Assembly (NCBI GenBank): GCA_951406725.2
Contig: OX597820.1
Span: 126,666,001-126,730,000 of the forward strand
Direction of reading: 5' to 3'
DNA: 64,000 nucleotides
Origin: Octopus vulgaris
Taxonomy: Eukaryota
Part shown: positions 53,020-64,000 of the stretch, piece after piece
Numbering within the stretch: the first letter of the stretch is position 1
Layout of the letters: each line of letters starts with the position of its first letter
Notes under the pieces: generated by a model
Seen by the model: only the letters and a program-made list of their open reading frames with translations
The model's database searches: none
What the model was told of the DNA's origin: nothing
Program-made: the position numbers and the translations under genes

Positions 53020-53185
53020 AAAATCACTGAGCAAAACATGGAGAGATGTGTGGGCTTCCCCAACCAACCCTTCCAAATTGTTCCTGTATCTACCAAGCAA
53101 TAGAACAACTTCTGTACATCAATGGTTAAATAAAGAGATCACGTTTATTGAAAAATATCAACCGCAGCTTAATATGAACATAAAA
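53020..53185 (+). pseudogene. Probable Penelope-like GIY-YIG endonuclease C-terminal fragment
   Basis: Frameshifted LSK.MERC..PFQIVP followed by WLNKEITFIEKYQPQLN, matching the E..FI...P.LN end of GIY-YIG domains. Confidence 0.55.
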
Positions 53186-53277
53186 CCAATTTGGGACGAT
53201 GTAAGTATTCTATTTCATAGATATATATTGTTTCCAACATAGAATTTCTGAGCTTTTGCCTTGTTTTTATATTTTTA

Positions 53278-53314
<37 letters not shown>

Positions 53315-53485
53315 TGTGTGTGTGTGTGTGTGCGTGTGCGTGTGTGTGTGTGTGTGCATGTGCGCGTGTGTGTGTGTGTTATTTTAGTCAAATCAGTCTC
53401 TTGCTATTCTGTGTTTTACCCACAGGTGAACAGAATCATATATACATGTGTATATATTAAATGTGTGTGTGTGTATGTGTATATA

Positions 53486-53541
<56 letters not shown>

Positions 53542-53882
53542 GAGTGTGTGTGTACAGAAATTGAATATTGAGAAAAAAAGTTGTCAGAATTTTGGAAAAA
53601 AAAATCTTTTTATTTCTTCATTATTATTAGCACTTTCTTTCCTTTCTCAAACTTGGCAAATATAACTTTGTGAATGCACAAACAGCTCGTTCATTTATAT
53701 AAAACAGATATCTGGGGGGGGGGGGGATGTTTAGAAGAGAACATTGTTTTTGCTTTTTTGGGTGAGGTTCCAAGGGAATGGAAATGAATAGATAGAAATA
53801 TAATTCAAAATGTGACCGCGTGTGTACCGTTGGTGATTTTTTTTCCTCTGTCTTCCCTTCTCTGGATCTTTCCTTCTCCTAT

Positions 53883-53917
53883 GTTTCCGACAAAGAGCTC
53901 CACTCGAAACGTTAAAC
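53883..53917 (+). ncRNA. Decayed minimal hammerhead motif (paralogue of 10466)
   Basis: GTTT-CCGACAA-AGAGCTCCACTC-GAAAC-GTT-AAAC inside a ~200-bp module (53811-54015) homologous to 10404-10604. Confidence 0.5.
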
Positions 53918-54060
53918 CCCCCTTCTTTCCTTCTTTCCTGAGCGTCCAATAATACTATATTTGTTCCACGTCCTCGCGTTGTGTTTTTTTGTGCTTTCTT
54001 GTTTGGATTAACTTTAGATAGAAATATAGGTTGGTAGATAGGCTGATAGATAGATAGGCT

Positions 54061-54145
<85 letters not shown>

Positions 54146-54589
54146 ACAGATAGTCAGACAGATAGGTAGACGGAAAGAGCAAGAAGGTGTATCCCCCTTC
54201 TATTTCACCATTCATTTCTTTATTTATTCCTTTACCGTTGTATTCCCATAAATTGTTGATCTCCAATTTACTATTTTATTATGTGGACCCCAAAAATCTT
54301 ATATGGATCCCTAGGGGCCATATGGATCCCAGCTGAGAACCACTGATCTAGATGAGAAACTGTAAGTTCTGGAGCTAAGTATGCTATATTTTTCAAAAAT
54401 AGGTCTTGAAAATTTACTGTGTTCCAAGAAGACAAATAAGTGTTACCTGTGCTAAGTTCAATCACATCTCTAAATTGTAAAACTGAAAGAAAAATACATA
54501 CGTGAGTGGTCAGTAGGATGTATGGGTCACTAAGTCATTAACAGTCACTTGGAATTGGCCAGTCTTGTACTGCCATTGCTGAGGCATTA

Positions 54590-54790
54590 CTGACTTGATT
54601 GCCTCGCCCTTGGTATGTCCAACTTCACCTTTTTCCCTACCTGCACGAACCATTTTGCCCAATCTTTCACCCCTAGCTCATCAGCCACCTGGAATCAGTT
54701 CCTCTACTCACATCTATCTTTGCAGCAACAGTTTAAATGGGACATTACCAGTTTCGAAGGGTTTCCATGTGTCGTGGGCTCTAGCCCTTC
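54590..54790 (+). pseudogene. Decayed CR1/L2-type LINE C-terminal fragment
   Basis: TNHFAQSFTPSSSATWNQ...SLQQQFK resembles the SFF.R....WN.LP...FK motif. Confidence 0.5.
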
Positions 54791-55581
54791 TTATGGACAT
54801 AGTAAGTACTGTCTAAGATTCATAGGGCTGGTTGCTGAGTTTCTATGGTGTATAAGTGACCGAAGTCACAGCATTCTCCTTGAATAAGATGCCAGTCCTT
54901 TGCAGAGTCACTCATTTACAGTGGAGTGAACAGGAGCAATGTGGAATAAAGTGTTTTGCTCATAAACACAATGCACTGCCTGCTTTGGGAATTGAAACGT
55001 TGATATTATAATCATGAGTGGAACACCCTTACCACTAGGCCGCATGCCTTCACTCTAGACATGGCAAATAAAAGCAAAAGAAGAAGCTCATCTACATATG
55101 GTGGGTGAAAATCATGAAACATTGTATTTATGTTTATCTTTTTTTTTTTTTTTTCAGAATCTCTAATCAAAACTAAGGACGATCATCAAAGTCGGAATGA
55201 CCTTATTGTTGGAGAATATATTAAGCTGGTGATAACAGGCACATATAACTAGCTGACGACGTGCCATCAATAATAATGGCTAATTGTAGTATTTTATATA
55301 CAAATGAGGTACAAAATAAGGTGCATAATAATCATGCATACAAACATTCTCACACTTCCCTCGCACATGCACACACGTACACACATATACTCACAAAGAG
55401 TTGAAACGCTGAATTTTTTTTCCCCCTTTCCTTCCTTATTCATCTATCACCCCTTCCTTTCTCTCATTGCTATTATTTTTTCTCCCTTTCACTCAGGGCT
55501 ATTACTTCCACTACTTTACCTTCACCATTTTCTCTCCTCCTCTGCATCTGGTGTGATTATGGACAAATATATATATATATA

Positions 55582-56020
55582 TGATTGATTGATTGATTCT
55601 AGTTTCAGCTTATGAGCTGTGGCCATGCTGGGGCACCGCCATTTGGTGTTGCTACTTGGTTTCACTTCATGGAGGCTTTCTAGCAACTGCTATTTGGTGC
55701 ATGAGAGAGTTCGATGCAGCTGCCCTCATCTGCCCCTCCTGCCGTGAAGTTGGTTCATCTGGGACACCTGACAGGAAGAGATCCAGCTTCATTTTAAAGA
55801 CATCTGTATCCACCCCATGCAGGTCTCTCAGGTTCTTCGGGAGGATATTGAAGAGCTGTGGGCCTCGGAAGCCCAGGCTATCACAGAATCTTGTCCTACA
55901 TCTTGATGGCAAGTTTGGAGTCCTAGGCACCACGCAGTGGTGCCCAGTTCTGGCATTTGCGTAACTCTCGATGCCAAAGTTCAAGACACTTCCCTCCAGG
56001 ATCTTCCAGATGTATATTAT
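55582..56020 (-). mobile_element. CR1-group LINE 3' fragment with (ATCA)n tail
   Basis: IYIWKILEG...SLGFRGPQLFNILPKNLRDL...VFKMKLDLFLSGVPDEP...RAAASNSL; 3' UTR GGCGGTGCCCCAGCATGGCCACAG...CTGAAAC then (ATCA)n. Confidence 0.85.
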
Positions 56021-56160
56021 ATATATATTTGAAACATTTCTTATTTTGATTACAATTTAATGACTTGTAAAAGCTTCGTGTATTTTATTTAACTTCAAAG
56101 TATTTAATTATTGAAGTATTATTTTATTTTTCACTTATGTATATTTTGGATTTTCATATA

Positions 56161-56222
<62 letters not shown>

Positions 56223-56264
56223 TATATTTATTAATTAATTATTTTATTGTTCTATTTTATTTTT

Positions 56265-56351
56265 AACCTGATGAGCGACTATATTTATATGGAAGTGATT
56301 TCTCTACTACTATAATCATTTATTAAATATAGCAGCAAAACACGTGTTGTT
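56265..56351 (+). ncRNA. Hammerhead-like motif with extended helix II (G12>A)
   Basis: AAC-CTGATGA-GCGACTATATTTA...TAAATATAGCAGC-AAAA-CACGTG-TT-GTT; palindromic ACACGTGT helix III. Confidence 0.6.
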
Positions 56352-56644
56352 TTTCTACCTATTATATACATTATATTATTTTTGTAATTTACTTAATCTT
56401 TACTTTTTATTGTTATTTTAATTTTAACTTTTCTATTATATGTAATTTTGTAGATGGCGTAATTTAATTATTAATTTGAATTGATAAAAGGTGTTTTTTT
56501 TCTAATATTTTTTATATATATATATTATATTGTGTGGAATTTGATTTAATATTTCTAAATTGAATTCTTTTTCCTTGTAAGTTTGGATTTTATTCCCTCA
56601 AATAATAATTATATATATATATTTATATCTTTTTATCTCTCTTA

Positions 56645-57058
56645 TATTTATCTTTTACTTGTTTCAGTCATTTGACTGTGACCATGCTGGAGTACCGCCT
56701 TTAGTCGTGCAAATCAACCCCAGGACTTATTCTTTGTAAGCTTAGTGTTATTCTATCAGTATCTTTTGCCGAACTGCTAAGTTACAAGGATGTAAACACA
56801 CCACCATCAGTTGTCAAGCGATGTTGGTGGGGACAAACACAGACACACAAATATATACACACACATACATATATGTATATATATATACATATATACGACG
56901 GGCTTCTTTCAGTTTCCGTCTACCAAATCCACTCACAAGGCTTTGGTCAGCCCAAGGCTATAGCAGAAGTCACTTGCCCAAGGAGCCACGCATGGGAATG
57001 AACCCGGAACCATATGGTTGGTAAGCAAGCTACTTACCACACAGCCACTCAAGCGCCT
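56645..57058 (-). mobile_element. SINE family B copy
   Basis: Reverse complement of the 37258-37660 element along its full length. Confidence 0.85.
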
Positions 57059-57580
57059 ATATATATACAAATATATAAAAACACTAAGCTCTTATTATAT
57101 TAGGAGATAAGGCATGAAACATTTCAAAAGTAATGAGACATGAATATGCAGAGTCATTAATACTGTATTAGTTAATGATTAAAATTGTATTTTGTTTACA
57201 AGCAACACATATCTATGCATAAATGCAATGCATATTTATACACTGCACCTGCTTCTCTTCCTCATCCAACCCTGCAAACCTACTCACTGGCATGTCGTCT
57301 TCCTTTTGCACTTACCCCCCAGCCCCATGTTTTGGTACTCCAAAACAAGGGGCTAAACATAGAGGGGACAAACAAGGACAGACAAATGGATTAAGTCAAT
57401 TACATCGACCCTAATGCATAACTGGTACTTAATTTATCAACCCCGAAAGGATGAAAGGCAAAGTCGACCTCGGCAGAATTTGAACTCAGAACGTAACGGA
57501 AGACGAAATACGGCTACGCATTTCGCCTGGTGTGCTAACGATTCTGCCAGCTCGCCGCCTTACAACTGAAAGAAGCTTCT

Positions 57581-57611
<31 letters not shown>

Positions 57612-58204
57612 GTGTTTGTCCCCCACCATCACTTGACAAGTGGTATTGGAGTGTTTACGATCCTGTATCTTAGCGGTTCAGTAAAACAAGGGTTCCAGTT
57701 GATCCGATCAATGGATTAGCCTGCTTGGGAAATTAACATGCAAATGGTTGAGCACTCCACAGGCATGCGTACCCTTGACGTAGTTCTCAGGAAGATTCAA
57801 CATGACACAGAGTGTGACAAGATTATCTCTTTGAAATACAGGTACTATTCATTTTTGCTAGCTGAGTGGACTGGAACAACATGAAATAAAGTGTCTTGCT
57901 CAAGGACACAATGCATTGCCATGAATTGAACTCACGACCTTACATTCATGAGCCAAATACCCTAACCACTAAGCCACGTGCCCTTCACCCCCTCCCTATG
58001 TTTACAGTATTGTCATTTCTATTTTGTTCCTTACTCCGCATTCATTCCTGGCATCCTTACCCCAACCATTCCAAACCATTCCAAACCTTGGAAGTTCACT
58101 CTGGCACCTCGTCACCTCGTCACCTCTTCTACCACTTTCCAACTCCACCCCCACCCCCCACTCACTTCTCTTCTAAAATGAAAGTAATCACGCTGCTCCT
58201 CTGG

Positions 58205-58575
58205 AAGAGGGGGAGGAGAGGTGAAGGAAGTGGAGAGGAGGGGAGGGGTGGGGAGAGGAGGAGGCAGTGGAGTGGAGTGGAGCAGTGGAGTGGAGTGGAG
58301 GTGGAGGTGTTGGAGAAGAGGAGGTGGAGGTGGTGGAGAAGAGGAGGTGTAGGTGGTGGAGAAGAGGAGGTGGTGGAGAGGAGGAGGTGGTGGAGAGGAG
58401 GAGGTGGTGGAGAGGAGGAAGTGGAAGTGGTGGAGAGGAGGAAGTGGAAGTGGTGGAGAGGAGGTGGAGAGGAGGTGGAGAGGAGGTGGAAGTGGTGGAG
58501 AGGAGGAGGAGGTGGTGGAGGGGGAGAGGAGGCAGAGGTGATGGAGAGGAGGTGGAGGTGGTAGAGAGGAGGAGG
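58205..58575. repeat. Purine-rich degenerate (GGA/GGT)n tract
   Basis: Repeated GGAGGTGGTGGAGAGGA-type units. Confidence 0.9.
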
Positions 58576-58974
58576 ATTTATATTTCTAATATTGCTATTT
58601 GCATTGCATTAATTATGCTAACCCTTCCATACCTACTCATCGTTTGCTGCTATTTCTCTTCTTTGCCAGTCACCAAATCCAAATGAATCCAAAAGTTGAA
58701 CATTAACTCAACTGAAAGTCTTCAAGAATAGCCTCTTCAGAGGTGAAGAACGTGTTATGGGTTTCAATATTCCATTTCCGGTAATATGTTTGTCATAGCG
58801 ACTCATTTGGAACGGCAAAAATGATGTAAATTCCACAGGACAAAGTGAGTTATGAGAGCAATGAAGAGCCTTTGTTGGACTTGACAGAGTTAAAATGGCT
58901 GAACCAGCAAGAGACTTGGGTTGTGGCATAAATTGACATTGTTTAAATCAGACCTATACATGTTATATAAAGAA

Positions 58975-59563
58975 TGTCATTGTCATTCTCATCATCACCA
59001 TCATCATCATCATCATCATCATCATCGTCATCATCATATCCACATCATCGTCGTCATCGTCATTGTCATCGTCATCATCAACCTCATCATCCTCCTCATC
59101 ATCATCGTCGTCATCATTATCATCATCATCATCATCGTCGTCATCATCATCGGCGCCATCCTCATCATCATCATCATCGTTGTCATCATTCTCATCATCA
59201 TCATCTTCAACATTATCAATGTCATTGTCATTATCATCATCGACATCATCACCAGTATTGTTGTCATCATGTTCATTTTCCTCACCATCGTTGTTGTTGT
59301 CATCAACATCATTGATAACATCGTTGTTGTCATTCCTAACATCATCATCATCATCACCAGTTATATCATCACCATCATCATCATCATCATCATCATTTTT
59401 GTCATCATCATCATCATCATCGTCATTGTCAACAGTTGCATTAACATCAGTGTCATCACCATCATCATCATCATCATCATTTTTGTCATCATCATCATCA
59501 CATCATCAGCCGCTATTGTAGTTGTCATTAGCAACAACATCACTGCCAGCATACTCATCATCA
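58975..59563. repeat. Degenerate (ATC/GTC)n trinucleotide tract (~590 bp)
   Basis: Read directly; source of the poly-I/S/H/M ORFs. Confidence 0.92.
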
Positions 59564-61059
59564 AGAAGTAGACAGACAAAAGCTAAATAATTTCAATTTA
59601 ATAAAAAAAAAATTGGTTAATGAGTAAAAAACATGAAAAAAATGAATAATGAACGCATCAGACAGGGAGAGGTAAATGAAAGGAAAGGTGAAAGTAGGTA
59701 AAAGAAATGCGTAATTAAGTGAATGAATCATTCTAAAAGTAGCGAGAAATTATTGTCTCGTTAGATCAGAAACAAGTGTAGGATTTCTCAAGGCTAAAAT
59801 TGATTCAAGTTTTGGTGCAAGTCCAGCAATTTTGAAAGAAGTGGTTTAGTTGAATACATCAGCCTTAGCGCTAGAAAGGTACTTTGTTTTATCAACCCAG
59901 AAAGAATGAAAGAAAATGCTGTCTTGGATGGTATTTGAACTCACAATGTAAAGAAGTGTGGCTGTGTGGTAAGAGGCTTTCTTCTTAACTACAGGGTCCA
60001 GGGTTCAAGCCTTCTGCTATAGCCACAGGCCAACCAAAGCCTTGCAAGTGGATTTGGTAGACGGAAACTGAAAGATTGCGAGTGGGTTAGGTAGATGGAA
60101 TCTGCCGTATATATGTATGTAATGTCTGTGTTTGTCCCCACCACCACCCCTTGACAACCAGTGCTGGTTTGTTTGCATCCCCATAGCTAATCGGTTTGGC
60201 AAAGCATACCAAAAGACTAAGTACCAGTACTTTAAAAAAAAACAAATACTATTGTTGATACATTCAATTAAAAATTCTTCAAGGTGGTGCCCCAGTATGG
60301 CCACAGTCTAATGACTGAAACAAATAAAAGATAAAGGATGGATGCAACCAAGCCTTTTGTCTGATGAACTAAGGATTCTGCCAGCTGGTTGCCCATTTAA
60401 AATTACGCATAATATGTAGTATTGAATATCATATGTACTAAATTAAATATAATACGGGATGAGTGATAATACTTAACAAATAGAGCTTAACTACAAATAC
60501 CATCATCATCATCAACAACAGCCATTGAATATGCATTGGTTTATTAGACTGGGAGGAATTCCAACGATATTTAAAATAAAGAAAATGAGGAAGGATTAGA
60601 AATCATATAATACAAAATCATATCAGACAGGATTATCTCTAGTTAATAATATTAAATCAAGTAAAGGATTTTATGGATTAAGAAATGAAAAACATTGAAA
60701 CAGAATATTAAGTTTTCTTTCTTTAAAAAAATCATTGAAGTTTAGAGTCAAACATTTTGTCTGTCTTTCTGTATGTTTTTTCTGGAATACGCTGCCTTTA
60801 TTTATTTCACATAATTCTGAAAATAAAGAAGTTCATAAAAAAAGTGTCCTTATTAAGCAAGTATTTTACATTCTGCGTTTAAATTCTTCTGAGGTTGACT
60901 TTGCCTTTCATCCTTTCAGGGTCGATAAATTAAGTACCAATCAAGCTCTGGAGTTGATGGGATCGACTTTCCCTCTCCCCATAAATTCCAGGTCTTGTGA
61001 CTATAGTAGGCACACACACACATAAACATAGATATATACATACATATATGATCATTACC

Positions 61060-61392
61060 ACGTCGCCTTCCTAGCACTTGTGCTGGTGGCGCTTGAAACA
61101 TTTGAGCGAGGACGTCGCCAGTGCTGCTAGACTGGCTCCTATGCAGGTGGCACGTAAACAGCACCATTTGGACGTGGCCGTTGCCAGTACCACCAAACTG
61201 GCCCTTGTGCCAGTGACACGTAAAAGCACCCACTACACTCTCGGAGTGGTTGGCATTAGGAAGGGCATCCAGCTGTAGAAACTCTGCCAGATAAGACTGG
61301 AGTCTGGTTCGCCAGACCTCAGTCAAATTGTCCAACCCATGCTAGCATGGAAAGTGAACATTAAATGATGATGATGATGATGATGATGATGA
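61060..61392 (+). mobile_element. RTE 3'-UTR-only copy
   Basis: Repeat units, AAAAGCACCCACTACACTCTCGGAGTGG, CCATGCTAGCATGG and (GAT)n. Confidence 0.85.
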
Positions 61393-61714
61393 TGGGCTTC
61401 TTTTATTTCCCATTGCCAAATCCACTCACAAGGTTTTGGTCAGCCTGGGGCTGTCAAAGAAGACACTTGCCCATGATGTCATGCAGTAGGACTGAACCCA
61501 ATGTGGAGAACTAAATTTATTACTGCATATATACTTACATATATACATACATATATTCATGCATACACACACTCATACATACATACTACATACATACATA
61601 CATACATACATACATACATACATACATACATACACAGAACAAAATGTAATTCCCATTTGAAATTTTTTTTAATATTTAAGGTGTATTACTTGAAGTTAAA
61701 AAGAATATTGTATG

Positions 61715-61759
<45 letters not shown>

Positions 61760-63039
61760 TGCAGGCATGTGTGTGTGTATGTTTGTGTCATTGTGTCTGT
61801 GTTTGTACCCCACCACTGCTTGACGACCAGTTTTGGTGTGTTTGTCTTCATAACTTAGCAGTTCAGTAAAAATAATTGATAGAATAAATACCAAGCTTTA
61901 AAAAAATAAGTCCTTGGGTCAGTTCATTCAGGCAGTGGTCTAAGGTGTGAAATAGCATAAAAGGACAGAGACATGGAAAGAAAGTGAAGCCATATATAGA
62001 GAGGGAATAGAGTTACAAATGTGTGCAAAGGGTGGAACCTTTGTTGATGGAGAAGGAATAGGGGATGAGTAAATAGAATATGGTTGCCATGTTGAAAACA
62101 TCATTATGAGTGGGAAAAGTATATAGTATTACATTTATAGTGATGAATTATATGGTTATTGACGATTTGTCTATGTTTGGCATATTTGGCATTAGAATTT
62201 TTTTCTTTTGCCCTTGTTTATAAGTTGTTTATAAATTTAACCTTTAAAGGCATTTTTTAATATGCTGGCCATTAATAGAATTTCTTTCAAAAAATTTTAT
62301 CCTATATTAGTAGTAATAAATGCATATACATATATACATACATATATTCATGCATACATATATACATACATAGGTGGTTAAGCAACAAGGTGAGGTCCAT
62401 AGATAGATAGATAGGTATATATGTATATATTTGTGTATATATATGTATATATATATTCATGTATATGTATGTATATGAATATATATTCATGTATATATAT
62501 ATGTATATATTCAGATGTTTCCAAGATGGTTGAAAAATGTCGATATTGACGAATGTTCCGAGGGAAACCTGCAACCAGCAGAACTGAGATAAACATCACA
62601 GAAGTGCATGCAGCTGTGAGGGGAAACTTTCTCTGTCATGGTCAATGTGATGATCACACACTACACACCTTCCTTCCAAGCACTGCTGTAAACAGCGGAA
62701 GTGAGCTAGAACATTAAAACTTAGTGCGCATGTACAGTAGAGTCCAAGGTTATTTGTGCCAAGCAGCTTCACTCTCCATGCTTTAGCTTCGTTACTATAG
62801 CAACAGTTCAGATATTTATTAATCAGACCACATATATATACCTATACACATGCAAACACACACACACATACACATATATATATATATATATATATATATG
62901 TATACATACGTTTATATATATGTATATATACATATATATTTATATATATATATATACACACATATACATATACATACATATACATACGTATATACATACA
63001 TATATGCATATATGTGTGTGTGTATGTGTGTTAATATGC

Positions 63040-63478
63040 ATGGCTCAGCGGTTCAAGTGTTGGGCTCACAATCATCATAAAGAGTTTGATTCCCAGACTG
63101 GGTTGTGTTCTTGAGCAAGACATTTTATTTCACGCTGCTCCAGTTCACTCAGCTGTAGAAATGAGTTGCAACATCACTGGTGCCAAGCTGTATCAGCCTT
63201 TCCCTTGGATAACATTGGTGGTGTGGAGAGAGGAGGCCGGTATGCATGGGCGACTGATGGTCTTCCAAAAACCTTACCCGGACTTGTGCACCAGTGACGT
63301 CGCAACTCATTTCTACAGCTGAGTGAACTGGAGCAACGTGAAATAAAGTGTCTGGCTTCAGAACACAACAAACAGCCTGGGAATCAAACTCACTACCTCA
63401 TGATTGTGAGCCCAACACTTGAACCTTTGAGGTGCAATTCCATGGTCATGTATGACCAAAGGAGGAGCTTTACCTTTT
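63040..63478. mobile_element. SINE family C copy containing an inverted copy of its own 5' half
   Basis: 63051-63183 pairs with 63287-63425; the 3' tail of the plus copy resumes at ~63426. Confidence 0.8.
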
Positions 63479-63491
63479 TATACACACACTC

Positions 63492-63639
<148 letters not shown>

Positions 63640-64000
63640 CAGACGGACAGGCAGATATATATAGATGGATGGACAGAAAAACAGACATAGATAGATAGAT
63701 AGATAGATAGATAGGCATTGCCTGACAGATAGAGATAGATAGATTGAGAGACAGAGAGATAAATTTAATTGATAAATTTATAGAGAGGGAGTGAGTGAGA
63801 GAGAGGGAGCACTATTACAGACACATGCACAGCAAAATGCAAACTAATTACACACAAACACACACTTACACACATACACACACACAACTACTACTACGCA
63901 CCAACCTTTACACATAATACACACATACACAGAGCTTAAGTTACCATACACAGCCTGAGAATTCACACACACACACTCTTGATTGGGTGGTGCTATTTAT

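Noticed and set aside
58600-58960. Unique-looking segment and 73-aa minus ORF as a possible exon
   Set aside because: Stops occur shortly after the candidate acceptors in all frames on both strands and there is no recognisable domain; UTR status cannot be excluded.
57896-59579. Gly/Glu/Arg-rich and poly-Ile/Ser/His ORFs
   Set aside because: Degenerate trinucleotide repeats.

Overview
AT-rich, microsatellite-dense eukaryotic DNA with no confidently identifiable host gene. The SINE, RTE and microsatellite content most resembles an octopus (coleoid cephalopod) genome; this is an inference. Most ORF-track entries are microsatellite or antisense artefacts. The one intact CDS is a 1037-aa RTE-clade LINE ORF (41221-44334, minus: AP endonuclease + RT with a PHD-type Zn finger inserted in the RT). 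It has tandem-repeat 5' and 3' UTRs and a (GAT)n tail, and many 5'-truncated relatives lie in the window. The rest comprises three tRNA-type SINE families, Tc1/mariner relics, MITEs, CR1 and Penelope-like (GIY-YIG) fragments and a higher-order compound microsatellite. The main hidden signal is at least nine type I hammerhead-ribozyme-like motifs read by eye: minimal ones in ~150-200 bp modules beside microsatellites, a class with a long helix II, and one compact near-intact copy. Two lie beside a Penelope endonuclease remnant, one of them at the centre of a large foldback. Boundaries of decayed repeats are approximate.
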